Assembly: GCA_964349945.1 (NCBI GenBank)
Contig: CAYGIH010000001.1
Location: forward strand, 3,934 to 67,933
Length of the DNA: 64,000 nt
Source of the DNA: an uncultured Candidatus Saccharibacteria bacterium
Lineage (GTDB): Bacteria; Patescibacteriota; Minisyncoccia; Phycocordibacterales; Zambryskibacteraceae
Direction: 5' to 3'
Part shown: piece after piece, positions 26,860-36,056 of the stretch
How positions within the stretch are numbered: the first letter of the stretch is position 1
Layout: every line of letters begins with the position of its first letter
Notes under the pieces: generated by a model
Databases searched by the model: none
What the model was told of the DNA's origin: nothing
What the model saw: only the letters and a program-made list of their open reading frames with translations
Position numbers and translations under genes: made by a program

Positions 26860-29478
26860 ATGAAACGGCTTGGCCTTTCATTTGTTCTTATATTTTTATT
26901 TTCTCCTAGTTTTGCTGACGCTGAGATAACTTACCCATATACAGTTGATGAAAAATCACAAGTGATCTTTGGTGATAGTAATGAAGTCGTAGTTATAGCT
27001 ACCACAACATCCGGTGTTGTGGCGACTACTACATATAGAGGATTAGAAAATTATACGCAAGATTATATAAACGGTTTTGCTCATTTTTCATTTACATATA
27101 CTCATCACCAATGTTGTTATGCTAGCTATCCACCCATTGTTTATGTCACAAATGTTGATCCAAGGTCAACATCTACTCCTATAGATAGATATCGAAGAAC
27201 AATTACTGAGCTTCCGCCTAATACTTGGTTTTGGCCAACAGATTGGTATGTGTTTGATGTTCAGTTTGATGCTCTTGGGTATACGGTGTTAGCCAAACAA
27301 AAGGGTATAGATGAAATTTGGAGCATTCGTGCGGATGTACCGAATATTGCAAGCACTGATTGGGTGTCTGTTGCGAATAATCATCTTTATAATCATGATC
27401 CATCAGTTATCAATTCTCCACAAAGCATGGCATTTTCTCCTCTACCTATTAAGGAGGTATTACCCCCAATTTTGGAATGTTGTTCTAATGTTTTGTTTCT
27501 CCCAGGTATAGAAGCCAGTCGTTTATACAAAATAGAAGAAAATTCAGAAAACCAGCTTTGGGAACCGAATAGAAACTTAGATGCAGAAAAATTGTTTATG
27601 AATGTAGACGGTTCAAGTGTAGATGCAAGTATTTATACAAAGGATGTGATAAATGAAGCTTATATCCAGACAGCTGGTCCAAATATTTATAAATCATTTC
27701 TAAATATCTTGGCCGTTCTAAAATCAGAGAACAATATTACTGATTATTCTGCCGCGCCTTATGATTGGAGATATTCTCCGGATGATGTGGTTAAGCGAGG
27801 GATAAAGGATGAAGAGAAAATTTCTTATCTTAATGAGACGAATAATCCATATATTATTCAAGAATTAAATAGACTGGCTTCTACTTCTCAAACAGGAAAG
27901 GTGACTATTGTGGCGCATTCAAACGGAGGTCTGGTGACTAAAGCATTAATGCAGAAATTAAAAAATGACAACAATCCGCTTTTAAACAAAATAGATAAAA
28001 TTGTCTTTGTAGCTGTGCCACACTTGGGCACACCATCCGCTATCCCTGCATTACTCAATGGATACAATCAAGGTATCACTCCGTTTTTGGATGCTTATGT
28101 GGCTCGTGGGCTTGGTCAAAACTTACCTGGGGCATACACACTCCTCCCGAGCGACAAATACTTTACCTATATAGACAATCCAGTGATGCAGTTTGATGCT
28201 AGTTTGTCTAGTTGGGCAGATAAATTTGGAGATGAAATTCATTCAAAAGAACTTCAGCATAATTTCCTCATAGATATGTTTGAGAGAGTCGAAAGTTCAA
28301 ATGCAGACACAGATAGTCCAAGTTATCTGAGAGAAAGTTTTTTAAATAATGCTGAATTAGCTCACGAAGTCTACGACAACTGGACTCCACCAGACGGAGT
28401 AGAGATGATAGACATTGCGGGGTGGGGAATACCCACAACCATAAGCGGAGTTAAATATGTCAAGGAAAAAGATAAAATAAAATTATATCCAACATGGACT
28501 ATAGACGGTGATGGAACAGTGGTGACCCCAAGTGCTCTATGGGCAAATGATTATGCAAGTACGAGTAGGTATTGGGTTAATGAAAGATTGTGGAATGTCG
28601 ACCATCCTTATGTTTTTATTGATCCTTTTAGTATTTATGCAAAAGACCATAAAAGTATTCTTGATATTTTTGAACTCAATAATTTCATAAAAAATAATAT
28701 AATTCTTGAAACATCAATAACTCTACCGACTTATATATCTACAACAACTCCAAATGGTAATAATTCAAATTATTTGATTTATTCTCTCCATTCACCTCTA
28801 ACTTTAGATATATATGATGATGCTGGGAATCATACAGGAGTATCTACTACCACAGGACAAATAGAAGAACAAATCCCCGGTACATACTTTGTGAAGTTTG
28901 GAGAAGAGAAATATTTCTTCGCTGGCAGTGATGCACCACTGCATATAGTGATGAATGGGTATGAGACAGGGACATTCACGTTCAGTATTGAAGAGAAGCA
29001 AGGTGACAATACTATCTCGACGGTCACTTATAAAGATATCCCCACTACTCCAACCACAAAGGTTTCTATGTCCGTGGTGGGGGATATTAATACACTCTCA
29101 CCACTTAATGTTGATTCTGATAATAATGGCACCACTGACATCATCCTTAATCCCGTTATAGGAGCCGTGGTCACTTATGAATCACCACTAATTCCAGTGT
29201 CGCAGATTAAACCACCATCAGGTGGTAGTTCAAGACGAACTATACAAGGTATAGATACTACTGTATCTACTACTAGTCCTGTAGTCTCATCTACCTCATC
29301 GCAAACAAAATTTATACCAAAACAAACTATACCCACAAAAGCGACAGCAAGGGTTATAAAGATTAAAAAAGCTAATACTCAAACAGCACAAGCAATATCT
29401 GCGAATTCTAAAGTGACTTCAATGATTGGTTCTTTGTGGGGTAGGGCAGTGGGGTGGTTGGTTTCTAAATTCAAATGA
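26860..29478 (+). CDS. Secreted alpha/beta-hydrolase, lipase/esterase-like (LCAT/PGAP1-type GxSxG) with large extra domains and a Ser/Thr-rich C-terminus
   Basis: Signal peptide 'MKRLGLSFVLIFLFSPSFADA'. Nucleophile elbow 'VTIVAHSNGGLV' (AHSxG). 872 aa. The C-terminal ~150 aa are T/S-rich. Confidence 0.55.
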   Translation: MKRLGLSFVLIFLFSPSFADAEITYPYTVDEKSQVIFGDSNEVVVIATTTSGVVATTTYRGLENYTQDYINGFAHFSFTYTHHQCCYASYPPIVYVTNVDPRSTSTPIDRYRRTITELPPNTWFWPTDWYVFDVQFDALGYTVLAKQKGIDEIWSIRADVPNIASTDWVSVANNHLYNHDPSVINSPQSMAFSPLPIKEVLPPILECCSNVLFLPGIEASRLYKIEENSENQLWEPNRNLDAEKLFMNVDGSSVDASIYTKDVINEAYIQTAGPNIYKSFLNILAVLKSENNITDYSAAPYDWRYSPDDVVKRGIKDEEKISYLNETNNPYIIQELNRLASTSQTGKVTIVAHSNGGLVTKALMQKLKNDNNPLLNKIDKIVFVAVPHLGTPSAIPALLNGYNQGITPFLDAYVARGLGQNLPGAYTLLPSDKYFTYIDNPVMQFDASLSSWADKFGDEIHSKELQHNFLIDMFERVESSNADTDSPSYLRESFLNNAELAHEVYDNWTPPDGVEMIDIAGWGIPTTISGVKYVKEKDKIKLYPTWTIDGDGTVVTPSALWANDYASTSRYWVNERLWNVDHPYVFIDPFSIYAKDHKSILDIFELNNFIKNNIILETSITLPTYISTTTPNGNNSNYLIYSLHSPLTLDIYDDAGNHTGVSTTTGQIEEQIPGTYFVKFGEEKYFFAGSDAPLHIVMNGYETGTFTFSIEEKQGDNTISTVTYKDIPTTPTTKVSMSVVGDINTLSPLNVDSDNNGTTDIILNPVIGAVVTYESPLIPVSQIKPPSGGSSRRTIQGIDTTVSTTSPVVSSTSSQTKFIPKQTIPTKATARVIKIKKANTQTAQAISANSKVTSMIGSLWGRAVGWLVSKFK

Positions 29479-29910
29479 GTGATATTATTAATAAATATAT
29501 TTATGTTAAATAAAAAAATTGTATTATGGGTTTCCGGGATTATTTCTATTATTTTGTTATTAATAAATTTTATTGGCACATACAAGACATGTAATCTAGA
29601 CATTAATTGTGCTCAATTACTTGCTGATACGTTAAGAATATTATTTATAATTATTCCGACTTTTATTCTCTCTCTCATCACATATAAAATGCGAGATGCG
29701 GTTTATCAAGCTTGGCTTAAATTTGCTTATGTTTGGGTGCCTCTAACAATCATTCTCACACTTATTGCTCCAGAATATAATCCATCTTTGTTTCCAATCA
29801 CCAAAGGTGTTGTGTCTTTTTATATGTCCGTTCTCTTCGTAATAATCTCAACAGGTATAATCATCATCAAATTCCGTACCTCAAAACATATCTCTAATTC
29901 GCGCGAATAG
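29479..29910 (+). CDS. Small integral membrane protein, hypothetical
   Basis: 143-aa ORF with 3-4 hydrophobic helices. Its start overlaps the upstream stop. Confidence 0.4.
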   Translation: MILLINIFMLNKKIVLWVSGIISIILLLINFIGTYKTCNLDINCAQLLADTLRILFIIIPTFILSLITYKMRDAVYQAWLKFAYVWVPLTIILTLIAPEYNPSLFPITKGVVSFYMSVLFVIISTGIIIIKFRTSKHISNSRE

Positions 29911-29945
29911 GCGAATAGTTAGAGTTTCATGCATCTTGAGTAATT

Positions 29946-30024
29946 TGAGCAACATCGGGTGTTGCTCAAAGCAAATGTGCGACCCCGAGGGTCGCACAAA
30001 GTGTTAAACCCCAGGGTTTAACAC
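29946..30024. repeat. Three consecutive perfect palindromes (hairpin-capable), each of different sequence
   Basis: First: TTGAGCAACA-tcggg-TGTTGCTCAA at 29946-29970. Second: TGTGCGACCC-cga-GGGTCGCACA at 29976-29998. Third: GTGTTAAACCC-ca-GGGTTTAACAC at 30001-30024. A tandem 8-mer GCGAATAG x2 precedes them at 29901-29916. Confidence 0.5.
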
Positions 30025-30078
30025 TAAGGGAATGCAGAGTTTGGTTTGGGGAGGGGATTTCTGGTAACATATACGAAT

Positions 30079-32250
30079 ATGAATAAAAATACGTTGAGAT
30101 TGGTGATTATTTGCGGGTTGTTTTTGGTGCCTTTTATCCCTTTTTTAGTTTATAGTGGTTTCTTTTTCCCATTTATTACCTCTAAGGCTTTCACTTGGAG
30201 AATAATCATTGAAGTTGTTTTTGCTTGTTGGGCAGTGCTTGCGGTAGTAGCTCCAGAGTATAGACCAAAGAAATCCATCATTCTTTATGCTTTAGGTGCT
30301 TTTATAATCTCTATTGGCATCTCTGATTTGTTTGGGATGGCTCCAGTGAAAAGTTTTTGGTCAAACTACGAACGCATGGAGGGATTCATCACCCTACTTC
30401 ACTTAGGAGCATTTTTCTTGGTTTTAGTGTCAGTGTTTAAAGAAAAAGATTGGACCAGATGGTGGAATACTTCTTTGGTCGCTTCTTTCCTTATGTCCTT
30501 GTATTGCTTCGCTCAACTTCTTGGGTTGACACCAATAAACCAAGGAGGAGTGAGAGTTGATGGGACTTTTGGAAACGCTGCTTACCTCGCAGTTTATCTT
30601 CTCATTCATATATTTATTGCCATTCTATTTATTGTTAGAGAGAAAAAAGATTCTTATTTACGCTGGGTTTACGGAGCACTTATTTTCGTTCAGCTCATTG
30701 TTCTATACAACACAGCTACCAGAGGTTCTATCCTCGGACTCATTGGAGGACTCATATTAGTGTCTCTATTAAATATTTGGAATAAGGAATCTTCTTCGGC
30801 TAGGAAGGTAAGTCTTGTAACCCTTGGAGCTATTATTATTTTAGTTGGTGGTTTTTACTCCCTTAGAAACGCTTCATTTGTGCAAAACAGCCCAGTGCTT
30901 CAAAGATTCGCAAGCATAAGTATTTCTTCTGTAAAAACCGAAGGACGTTCGTTCATCTGGCCTATGGCTGTGAAAGGTATCATGGAGCGCCCAATACTTG
31001 GTTGGGGACAAGAGAACTTTAACTATGTTTTCAATCAGTTTTATGACCCAAAGATGTATAACCTCGAACCTTGGTTCGACAGAGCCCACAACATCTTCCT
31101 TGACTGGGGAGTGGCTGGAGGGCTATTAGGACTCTTACTCTACTTATCTCTATACGTAGTGTTGCTTATGTCTATATGGAAAAAAGATGATGATATGCAT
31201 TATATAGAAAAGTCAGTACTCACTGGATTAATCGCTGGATATTTCTTCCATAATTTATTCGTGTTTGATCAGTTGATTAGTTATATTTTGTTTATTTCAC
31301 TTTTGGCTTATGTTCATTCTAGGACAGTTCATAATAGTGAAGATTTGAAACAGAAGAATGATGAGGAAAATATTTCTTATATCCTCGCACCAGCAGTAGT
31401 TGGTTTGGTTTTGGTAATGTATTTTGTAAATATTAAACCAATTATTGCGAACACTACCCTCATCCAAGGATTGCAAACTGTACAAAATCCACAGAGCGAT
31501 AAAAAGCTGGCATTTGTTTATTTCAAAAATGCTTATAATTCTTCAAGGTTGGGTAGACCAGAGACAGTTGAGTGGATTACCTCTTCAGCGGATAGTTTAC
31601 TTAGAGACACCACTCTTTCAAATGATGAGAAGTTGAAGTATCTTGATTTTTCCAAGGATTCTATGAGGACGCAAGTAAATGAACTACCAACGGACACAAG
31701 ATACAGATTAATAGCTGGTACGTTTTTTGGGAAAATTGGAGAATTGGACGAATCAATAAAAAACTTGGAAGAAGCCAAAAGATTGAGTCCTGGTAAGCAA
31801 GCCACTTATTTTGCCCTTGGTTCAGTTTATATAAGTAAAAAAGATTTCAACAAGGCGCTTGAAGAATTCAAGAGTGCCTATGAACTGGCTCCTGATTATG
31901 TTGATGCCAGAATTGCTTATATGATAGGGGCCATATATTCGGGGAAGTTAGATATAGTGAATGAGATGTCGAAAACTTTGCCAGTTGCCACCTATGCGAA
32001 AGATCAAAGGGTCATCAATGCGCTCATGGACACAAACCGATATGACGTATTAGGCGATCTTTTGACTTCTTGGCTAAAAATGGAGCCACAAAATCAAGAT
32101 GCTTATACAACCCTTGCAGCTTTCTACATGAAAATAGGAAGTGTAGAAAAAGCTATCGCATTACTCACTGCCCTCGGTGAAAATATTCCAAGCTCCAAGG
32201 TTCAAGCAGATGAATATATAAAACAAATAAAAAATTCTCCAACAAAATAA
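30079..32250 (+). CDS. O-antigen ligase-like (Wzy_C domain) polytopic membrane protein with C-terminal TPR repeats
   Basis: About 10-12 TM helices, with 'FDRAHNIFLDWGVAGGLLGL' as the Wzy_C conserved loop. The C-terminal ~250 aa carry TPR-like repeats ('AKRLSPGKQATYFALGSVYISKKDFNKALEEFKSAYELAPDY'). The ORF track uses a TTG at 30046. The ATG at 30079 is preferred. Confidence 0.7.
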   Translation: MNKNTLRLVIICGLFLVPFIPFLVYSGFFFPFITSKAFTWRIIIEVVFACWAVLAVVAPEYRPKKSIILYALGAFIISIGISDLFGMAPVKSFWSNYERMEGFITLLHLGAFFLVLVSVFKEKDWTRWWNTSLVASFLMSLYCFAQLLGLTPINQGGVRVDGTFGNAAYLAVYLLIHIFIAILFIVREKKDSYLRWVYGALIFVQLIVLYNTATRGSILGLIGGLILVSLLNIWNKESSSARKVSLVTLGAIIILVGGFYSLRNASFVQNSPVLQRFASISISSVKTEGRSFIWPMAVKGIMERPILGWGQENFNYVFNQFYDPKMYNLEPWFDRAHNIFLDWGVAGGLLGLLLYLSLYVVLLMSIWKKDDDMHYIEKSVLTGLIAGYFFHNLFVFDQLISYILFISLLAYVHSRTVHNSEDLKQKNDEENISYILAPAVVGLVLVMYFVNIKPIIANTTLIQGLQTVQNPQSDKKLAFVYFKNAYNSSRLGRPETVEWITSSADSLLRDTTLSNDEKLKYLDFSKDSMRTQVNELPTDTRYRLIAGTFFGKIGELDESIKNLEEAKRLSPGKQATYFALGSVYISKKDFNKALEEFKSAYELAPDYVDARIAYMIGAIYSGKLDIVNEMSKTLPVATYAKDQRVINALMDTNRYDVLGDLLTSWLKMEPQNQDAYTTLAAFYMKIGSVEKAIALLTALGENIPSSKVQADEYIKQIKNSPTK

Positions 32251-32441
32251 ATTAATTAAAATATAAAATAGATAAAAAATATTTTTCTAAAGTTATCCAC
32301 ATATAAAAAAATAAAATGCTTGTACGTAGCTTCTTTGCATATGATAATTAATGCAAGTCGCACGTAGAAAAATATTTTTAGAAATATTTCTCTGCGACGT
32401 TAACAGTAACTGCGTCTCTTGATCAGGGCGCAAAAAATAAA

Positions 32442-32513
32442 ATGGCAGCAAAAAAGAAAGCAAAGAAAGCAAAGAAGGCAGCTCCAAAGCGAAAGGCAAA
32501 GAAACGAGCATAG
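32442..32513 (+). CDS. Tiny lysine-rich ORF in the secA leader (MAAKKKAKKAKKAAPKRKAKKRA)
   Basis: 23-codon ORF rich in AAA/AAG Lys codons, followed by a terminator-like hairpin. It lies about 100 nt upstream of secA. Confidence 0.3.
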   Translation: MAAKKKAKKAKKAAPKRKAKKRA

Positions 32514-32531
32514 TCGACTTCTGTTTTCATG

Positions 32532-32560
32532 AAAAAGCGTTCCCTAGGGGGCGCTTTTTC
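32532..32560 (+). terminator. Terminator/attenuator-like hairpin between the micro-ORF and secA
   Basis: AAAAAGCGTTCC-ctag-GGGGCGCTTTTT: a GC stem with two G.U wobble pairs in RNA, flanked by an A-run and a T-run. Confidence 0.4.
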
Positions 32561-32611
32561 TTTATCCAAAATCTTCGAATTCAAGGTAATTTATGGTAAA
32601 ATAGGCTTCTT

Positions 32612-35116
32612 ATGGCGTTTTTAGGCAAATTATTCAAATCAAACGAGTCAAAAATCATCTCTTCTTGGAATCCAATGGTAGAGCGTATAAATTCGTTTGA
32701 GAAGGATTATGTAAATTTAAGTGAAGAAGAGCTAAGAGCAAAAACTGTTGAATTTAAAAACCGTTTGTCTAAAGGAGAAAGTTTGGATGATATTCTCCCT
32801 GAAGCTTTTGCTGTAGTAAGAGAAGCATCGAAGAGAACGCTCGGTCAAAGACATTTTGATGTCCAACTTCTTGGAGGTATCGCACTTCATCGTGGTGGCA
32901 TCGCAGAAATGCGAACCGGGGAAGGGAAAACTTTGGTGGCAACTTTGCCGGCGTATCTAAATGCACTTGAAGGTAAGGGAGTGCACGTGGTGACAGTCAA
33001 TGATTATTTGTCTCGACGTGATGCGGTCTGGATGGGGCAAATATATTCGTACCTAGGACTTTCAGTTGGGGTTTTGAATAATCAAATTTCATTTTTGTAT
33101 GACAAAGAACATATAAACAAGGATGAGGAGCGCGATGAGACGGGTTCCTTCAAGGTAGTTCATGAATTCCTTAGACCTTCTACTAAGAAGGATGCTTATA
33201 ATGCAGACATAACATATGGTACAAACAACGAATTTGGATTTGATTATCTTCGAGACAACCTTGTCTACAATAAACTCGACCTTGCTCAAAGGAATTTTCA
33301 CTATGCAGTAGTTGATGAAATTGACTCTATTCTCATAGATGAAGCCAGAACTCCTCTTATCATTTCTTCTAATGTTGGAGCGGCCGGAGATTTGTATGTG
33401 AAGTTTGCTGATATAGCTTCTAAATTAAATGCTCCAGAACATTTTGAGATAGATGAAAAGCTAAAAGCAATAAGTTTGACCGAGGCGGGGATAAACAAAG
33501 CCGAAGCACTTTTAGGTATAGATAATATTTATACTGATGGGGGAGTGAAGTATGTGCATCATCTTGAGACGGCTGTGAGAGCCAAAGCTCTATATGAGAA
33601 TAATAAGGAATACGTAGTGAAAGATGGTGAAGTAGTGATAGTGGATGAATTCACTGGACGCACTCAACCCGGCCGTCGTTGGTCAGAAGGTTTACATCAA
33701 GCAATAGAGGCCAAAGAAGGGGTGAAGATAAAGGAAGAGTCTCGAACCTTCGCTTCTATTACATTCCAAAATTATTTCAGAATGTACAAAAAGCTTTCTG
33801 GTATGACGGGTACAGCCATCACCTCCAAAGAAGAATTTTATAAAGTTTATGGTCTTGATACTTTTGTTATCCCCACAAACGTCAAAGTAGCCCGAATCGA
33901 CCACAATGATCTTATTTTTCAAAATCAAAGTGGCAAGATGAAGGCTGTGGCTAGAAAAGTCAAAGAACTAAATGAGAAGGGTCAGCCAGTACTTATTGGA
34001 ACAGTTTCCATTGAACACAATGAATTGCTTTCTGCATATTTAACTAGTGAAGGTATAAAACATGAGATTCTTAATGCCAAGAATCATGAGAGGGAAGGAG
34101 AAATCATCGCTCAGGCAGGTAGGAAGCATGCGGTGACCATCGCGACCAACATGGCCGGTCGTGGAGTGGACATAAAGCTAGGAGGCAATCCAGGCTCTCA
34201 AGAAGCATTGGAAGAAGTAAGGAAGCTCGGTGGGCTCTTTGTGTTAGGAACAGAACGACATGATGCGAGGAGGATTGATAATCAGCTCCGGGGTCGTTCT
34301 GGTAGACAAGGTGATCCTGGAGAAACACAATTCTTTGTTTGTCTTGAGGACGACCTCATGCGTATCTTTGCCACAGATGCTATCAAATCTATGATGGGTA
34401 GGTTTAATATCCCTGAAGATGAAGCCATAGAAAACGGTATGATTACCAGCTCTCTTGAAAAGGCACAAGAAAAAATCGAAGGTTTTAACTTTGATGCACG
34501 CAAACATGTATTGGAATTCGATGATGTTTTGAATTTCCAACGTTCAATAATTTATAACCAAAGGAAAACAATTTTAAGTGGAGGAATTAAGGAGGTAAAT
34601 GAGTATCTAGACGGAGCCACAATTCAGTTAGATGAAGAAACAAACAAGAAATTAATAGAAAAGAGAAATGCTCTAAATGAACTGCCGATTGAAAAGCAAA
34701 ATTTGGTCTGTGAAGTTTTAAGCAGGGTGATTCTCCAAACTATAGACATGTTTTGGGTTGATCACCTCGAGATGATGGAACATCTAAGGAATACCGTGAA
34801 CCTCCGTGCGTATGGCCAACGAGATCCACTAGTTGAATACAAAAAAGAAGGTCTTATGTTTTTCAAAAATATGGAAGGTTCTATTATTCGTCAGATAGTA
34901 GAGTTTTTCACCGCACTTGATTTTGATGCTTTTGGACAAGTGAAAGTCACAGCAGTAGAGCAAGGTGCACTTGAAGTGGCTGATATAAACAGGATGGTCT
35001 CATCACATGATGAAGTTGGTCGAAATGATCAGTGCCCATGTGGTTCAGGTAAAAAATATAAAAAATGTGGATTACTAAACACAGAAGAGCATCAGAGTTT
35101 AATGAGTAAAAAATAA
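32612..35116 (+). CDS. secA: Preprotein translocase ATPase SecA
   Basis: 834-aa ORF. Walker A 'MRTGEGKTLVATLPAYLNAL', DEAD-like 'AVVDEIDSILIDEARTPLIIS' and 'TNMAGRGVDIKLGG'. C-terminal zinc-binding 'CPCGSGKKYKKCG'. Confidence 0.97.
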   Translation: MAFLGKLFKSNESKIISSWNPMVERINSFEKDYVNLSEEELRAKTVEFKNRLSKGESLDDILPEAFAVVREASKRTLGQRHFDVQLLGGIALHRGGIAEMRTGEGKTLVATLPAYLNALEGKGVHVVTVNDYLSRRDAVWMGQIYSYLGLSVGVLNNQISFLYDKEHINKDEERDETGSFKVVHEFLRPSTKKDAYNADITYGTNNEFGFDYLRDNLVYNKLDLAQRNFHYAVVDEIDSILIDEARTPLIISSNVGAAGDLYVKFADIASKLNAPEHFEIDEKLKAISLTEAGINKAEALLGIDNIYTDGGVKYVHHLETAVRAKALYENNKEYVVKDGEVVIVDEFTGRTQPGRRWSEGLHQAIEAKEGVKIKEESRTFASITFQNYFRMYKKLSGMTGTAITSKEEFYKVYGLDTFVIPTNVKVARIDHNDLIFQNQSGKMKAVARKVKELNEKGQPVLIGTVSIEHNELLSAYLTSEGIKHEILNAKNHEREGEIIAQAGRKHAVTIATNMAGRGVDIKLGGNPGSQEALEEVRKLGGLFVLGTERHDARRIDNQLRGRSGRQGDPGETQFFVCLEDDLMRIFATDAIKSMMGRFNIPEDEAIENGMITSSLEKAQEKIEGFNFDARKHVLEFDDVLNFQRSIIYNQRKTILSGGIKEVNEYLDGATIQLDEETNKKLIEKRNALNELPIEKQNLVCEVLSRVILQTIDMFWVDHLEMMEHLRNTVNLRAYGQRDPLVEYKKEGLMFFKNMEGSIIRQIVEFFTALDFDAFGQVKVTAVEQGALEVADINRMVSSHDEVGRNDQCPCGSGKKYKKCGLLNTEEHQSLMSKK

Positions 35117-35139
35117 TTTAAAAATGTTAATATAAAGAC

Positions 35140-35520
35140 ATGAAAAAGAAAAATATTATCTGGTTGGTGATTCTTGTGGCCTTTATAGGTTTAGTTGTTT
35201 GGCTTATAAAGACTCCAGGGAGGCAGGTACCTTCAAAGTATGAAGGATTGGCTGCTTGTATAAAAGACAGTGGGGCAATATTCTATGGAGCATTTTGGTG
35301 TCCACATTGCCAGAAACAAAAAGCCAATTTTGGAAGCGCAGCTAAACTTCTCCCTTATATAGAGTGTTCCACTCCTGATGGTAATGGACAACTTCCAATT
35401 TGTAAGGATGCGGGTGTAACTGGTTATCCAACTTGGGTGTTTAAAAACGGTGAAAAGCTTTCTGGTGAATTGTCTATGGAAGAATTAGCTAAACAAACTT
35501 CCTGTGTACTCCCACAATAA
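35140..35520 (+). CDS. Membrane-anchored thioredoxin-fold thiol-disulfide oxidoreductase (DsbA/BdbD-like)
   Basis: N-terminal TM anchor, then 'FWCPHCQKQ' (a CxxC active site). Confidence 0.6.
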   Translation: MKKKNIIWLVILVAFIGLVVWLIKTPGRQVPSKYEGLAACIKDSGAIFYGAFWCPHCQKQKANFGSAAKLLPYIECSTPDGNGQLPICKDAGVTGYPTWVFKNGEKLSGELSMEELAKQTSCVLPQ

Positions 35521-36056
35521 TGCCTGAACTCATCACTTCAATTTTTTCTTTCCTCACTCTCGTGTCTCACATTGTCTTTGTGGTTTGTATCTTCGCATTT
35601 ATTTATAGAAAGACTTGGGGTCATGAGTTAATAAAGTTTGTTCATAAACACGCGCTTTGGCTTGGATTTGGAGTTTCTATGGTGGCTATAGTAGGGAGCC
35701 TTCTTTATTCAAATTTGATTGGTTTTGCACCTTGTACACTTTGTTGGTGGCAGAGGATTTTCATTTATCCTCAAGCAGTGTTATTCCTTGTGGCTATTTT
35801 GAAAAAAGATAGAGGGATATTTGATTATGCTCTACCACTATCTATTGCAGCATTTATCATCTCACTCTATCAATCGTATTCAAACTTTAGTGGCATCTCC
35901 ATCTTGCCTTGTACAGCAGAGGGGGGTGAATGTTCAAAGATATTTGTCTTGGAGTATGGCTACATCACTATCCCACTTATGAGTTTGACCCTCGTATGTT
36001 ATCTACTTTTTATTAAACTTTGCGCCTATAAACATGAAAACAATAGTAACTCATAG
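35520..36056 (+). CDS. DsbB/BdbC-family disulfide bond formation membrane protein
   Basis: 4 TM helices. First loop 'APCTLCWWQRI' (compare the DsbB 'CxLCxYQR' motif). Second loop Cys pair 'PCTAEGGEC'. Confidence 0.6.
   Translation: MPELITSIFSFLTLVSHIVFVVCIFAFIYRKTWGHELIKFVHKHALWLGFGVSMVAIVGSLLYSNLIGFAPCTLCWWQRIFIYPQAVLFLVAILKKDRGIFDYALPLSIAAFIISLYQSYSNFSGISILPCTAEGGECSKIFVLEYGYITIPLMSLTLVCYLLFIKLCAYKHENNSNS

Noticed and set aside
32293-32511. 72-aa minus-strand ORF in the secA upstream region.
   Set aside because: Low-complexity Leu/Ser-rich translation. It overlaps the lysine-rich micro-ORF and the hairpin on the + strand, and has no start context.
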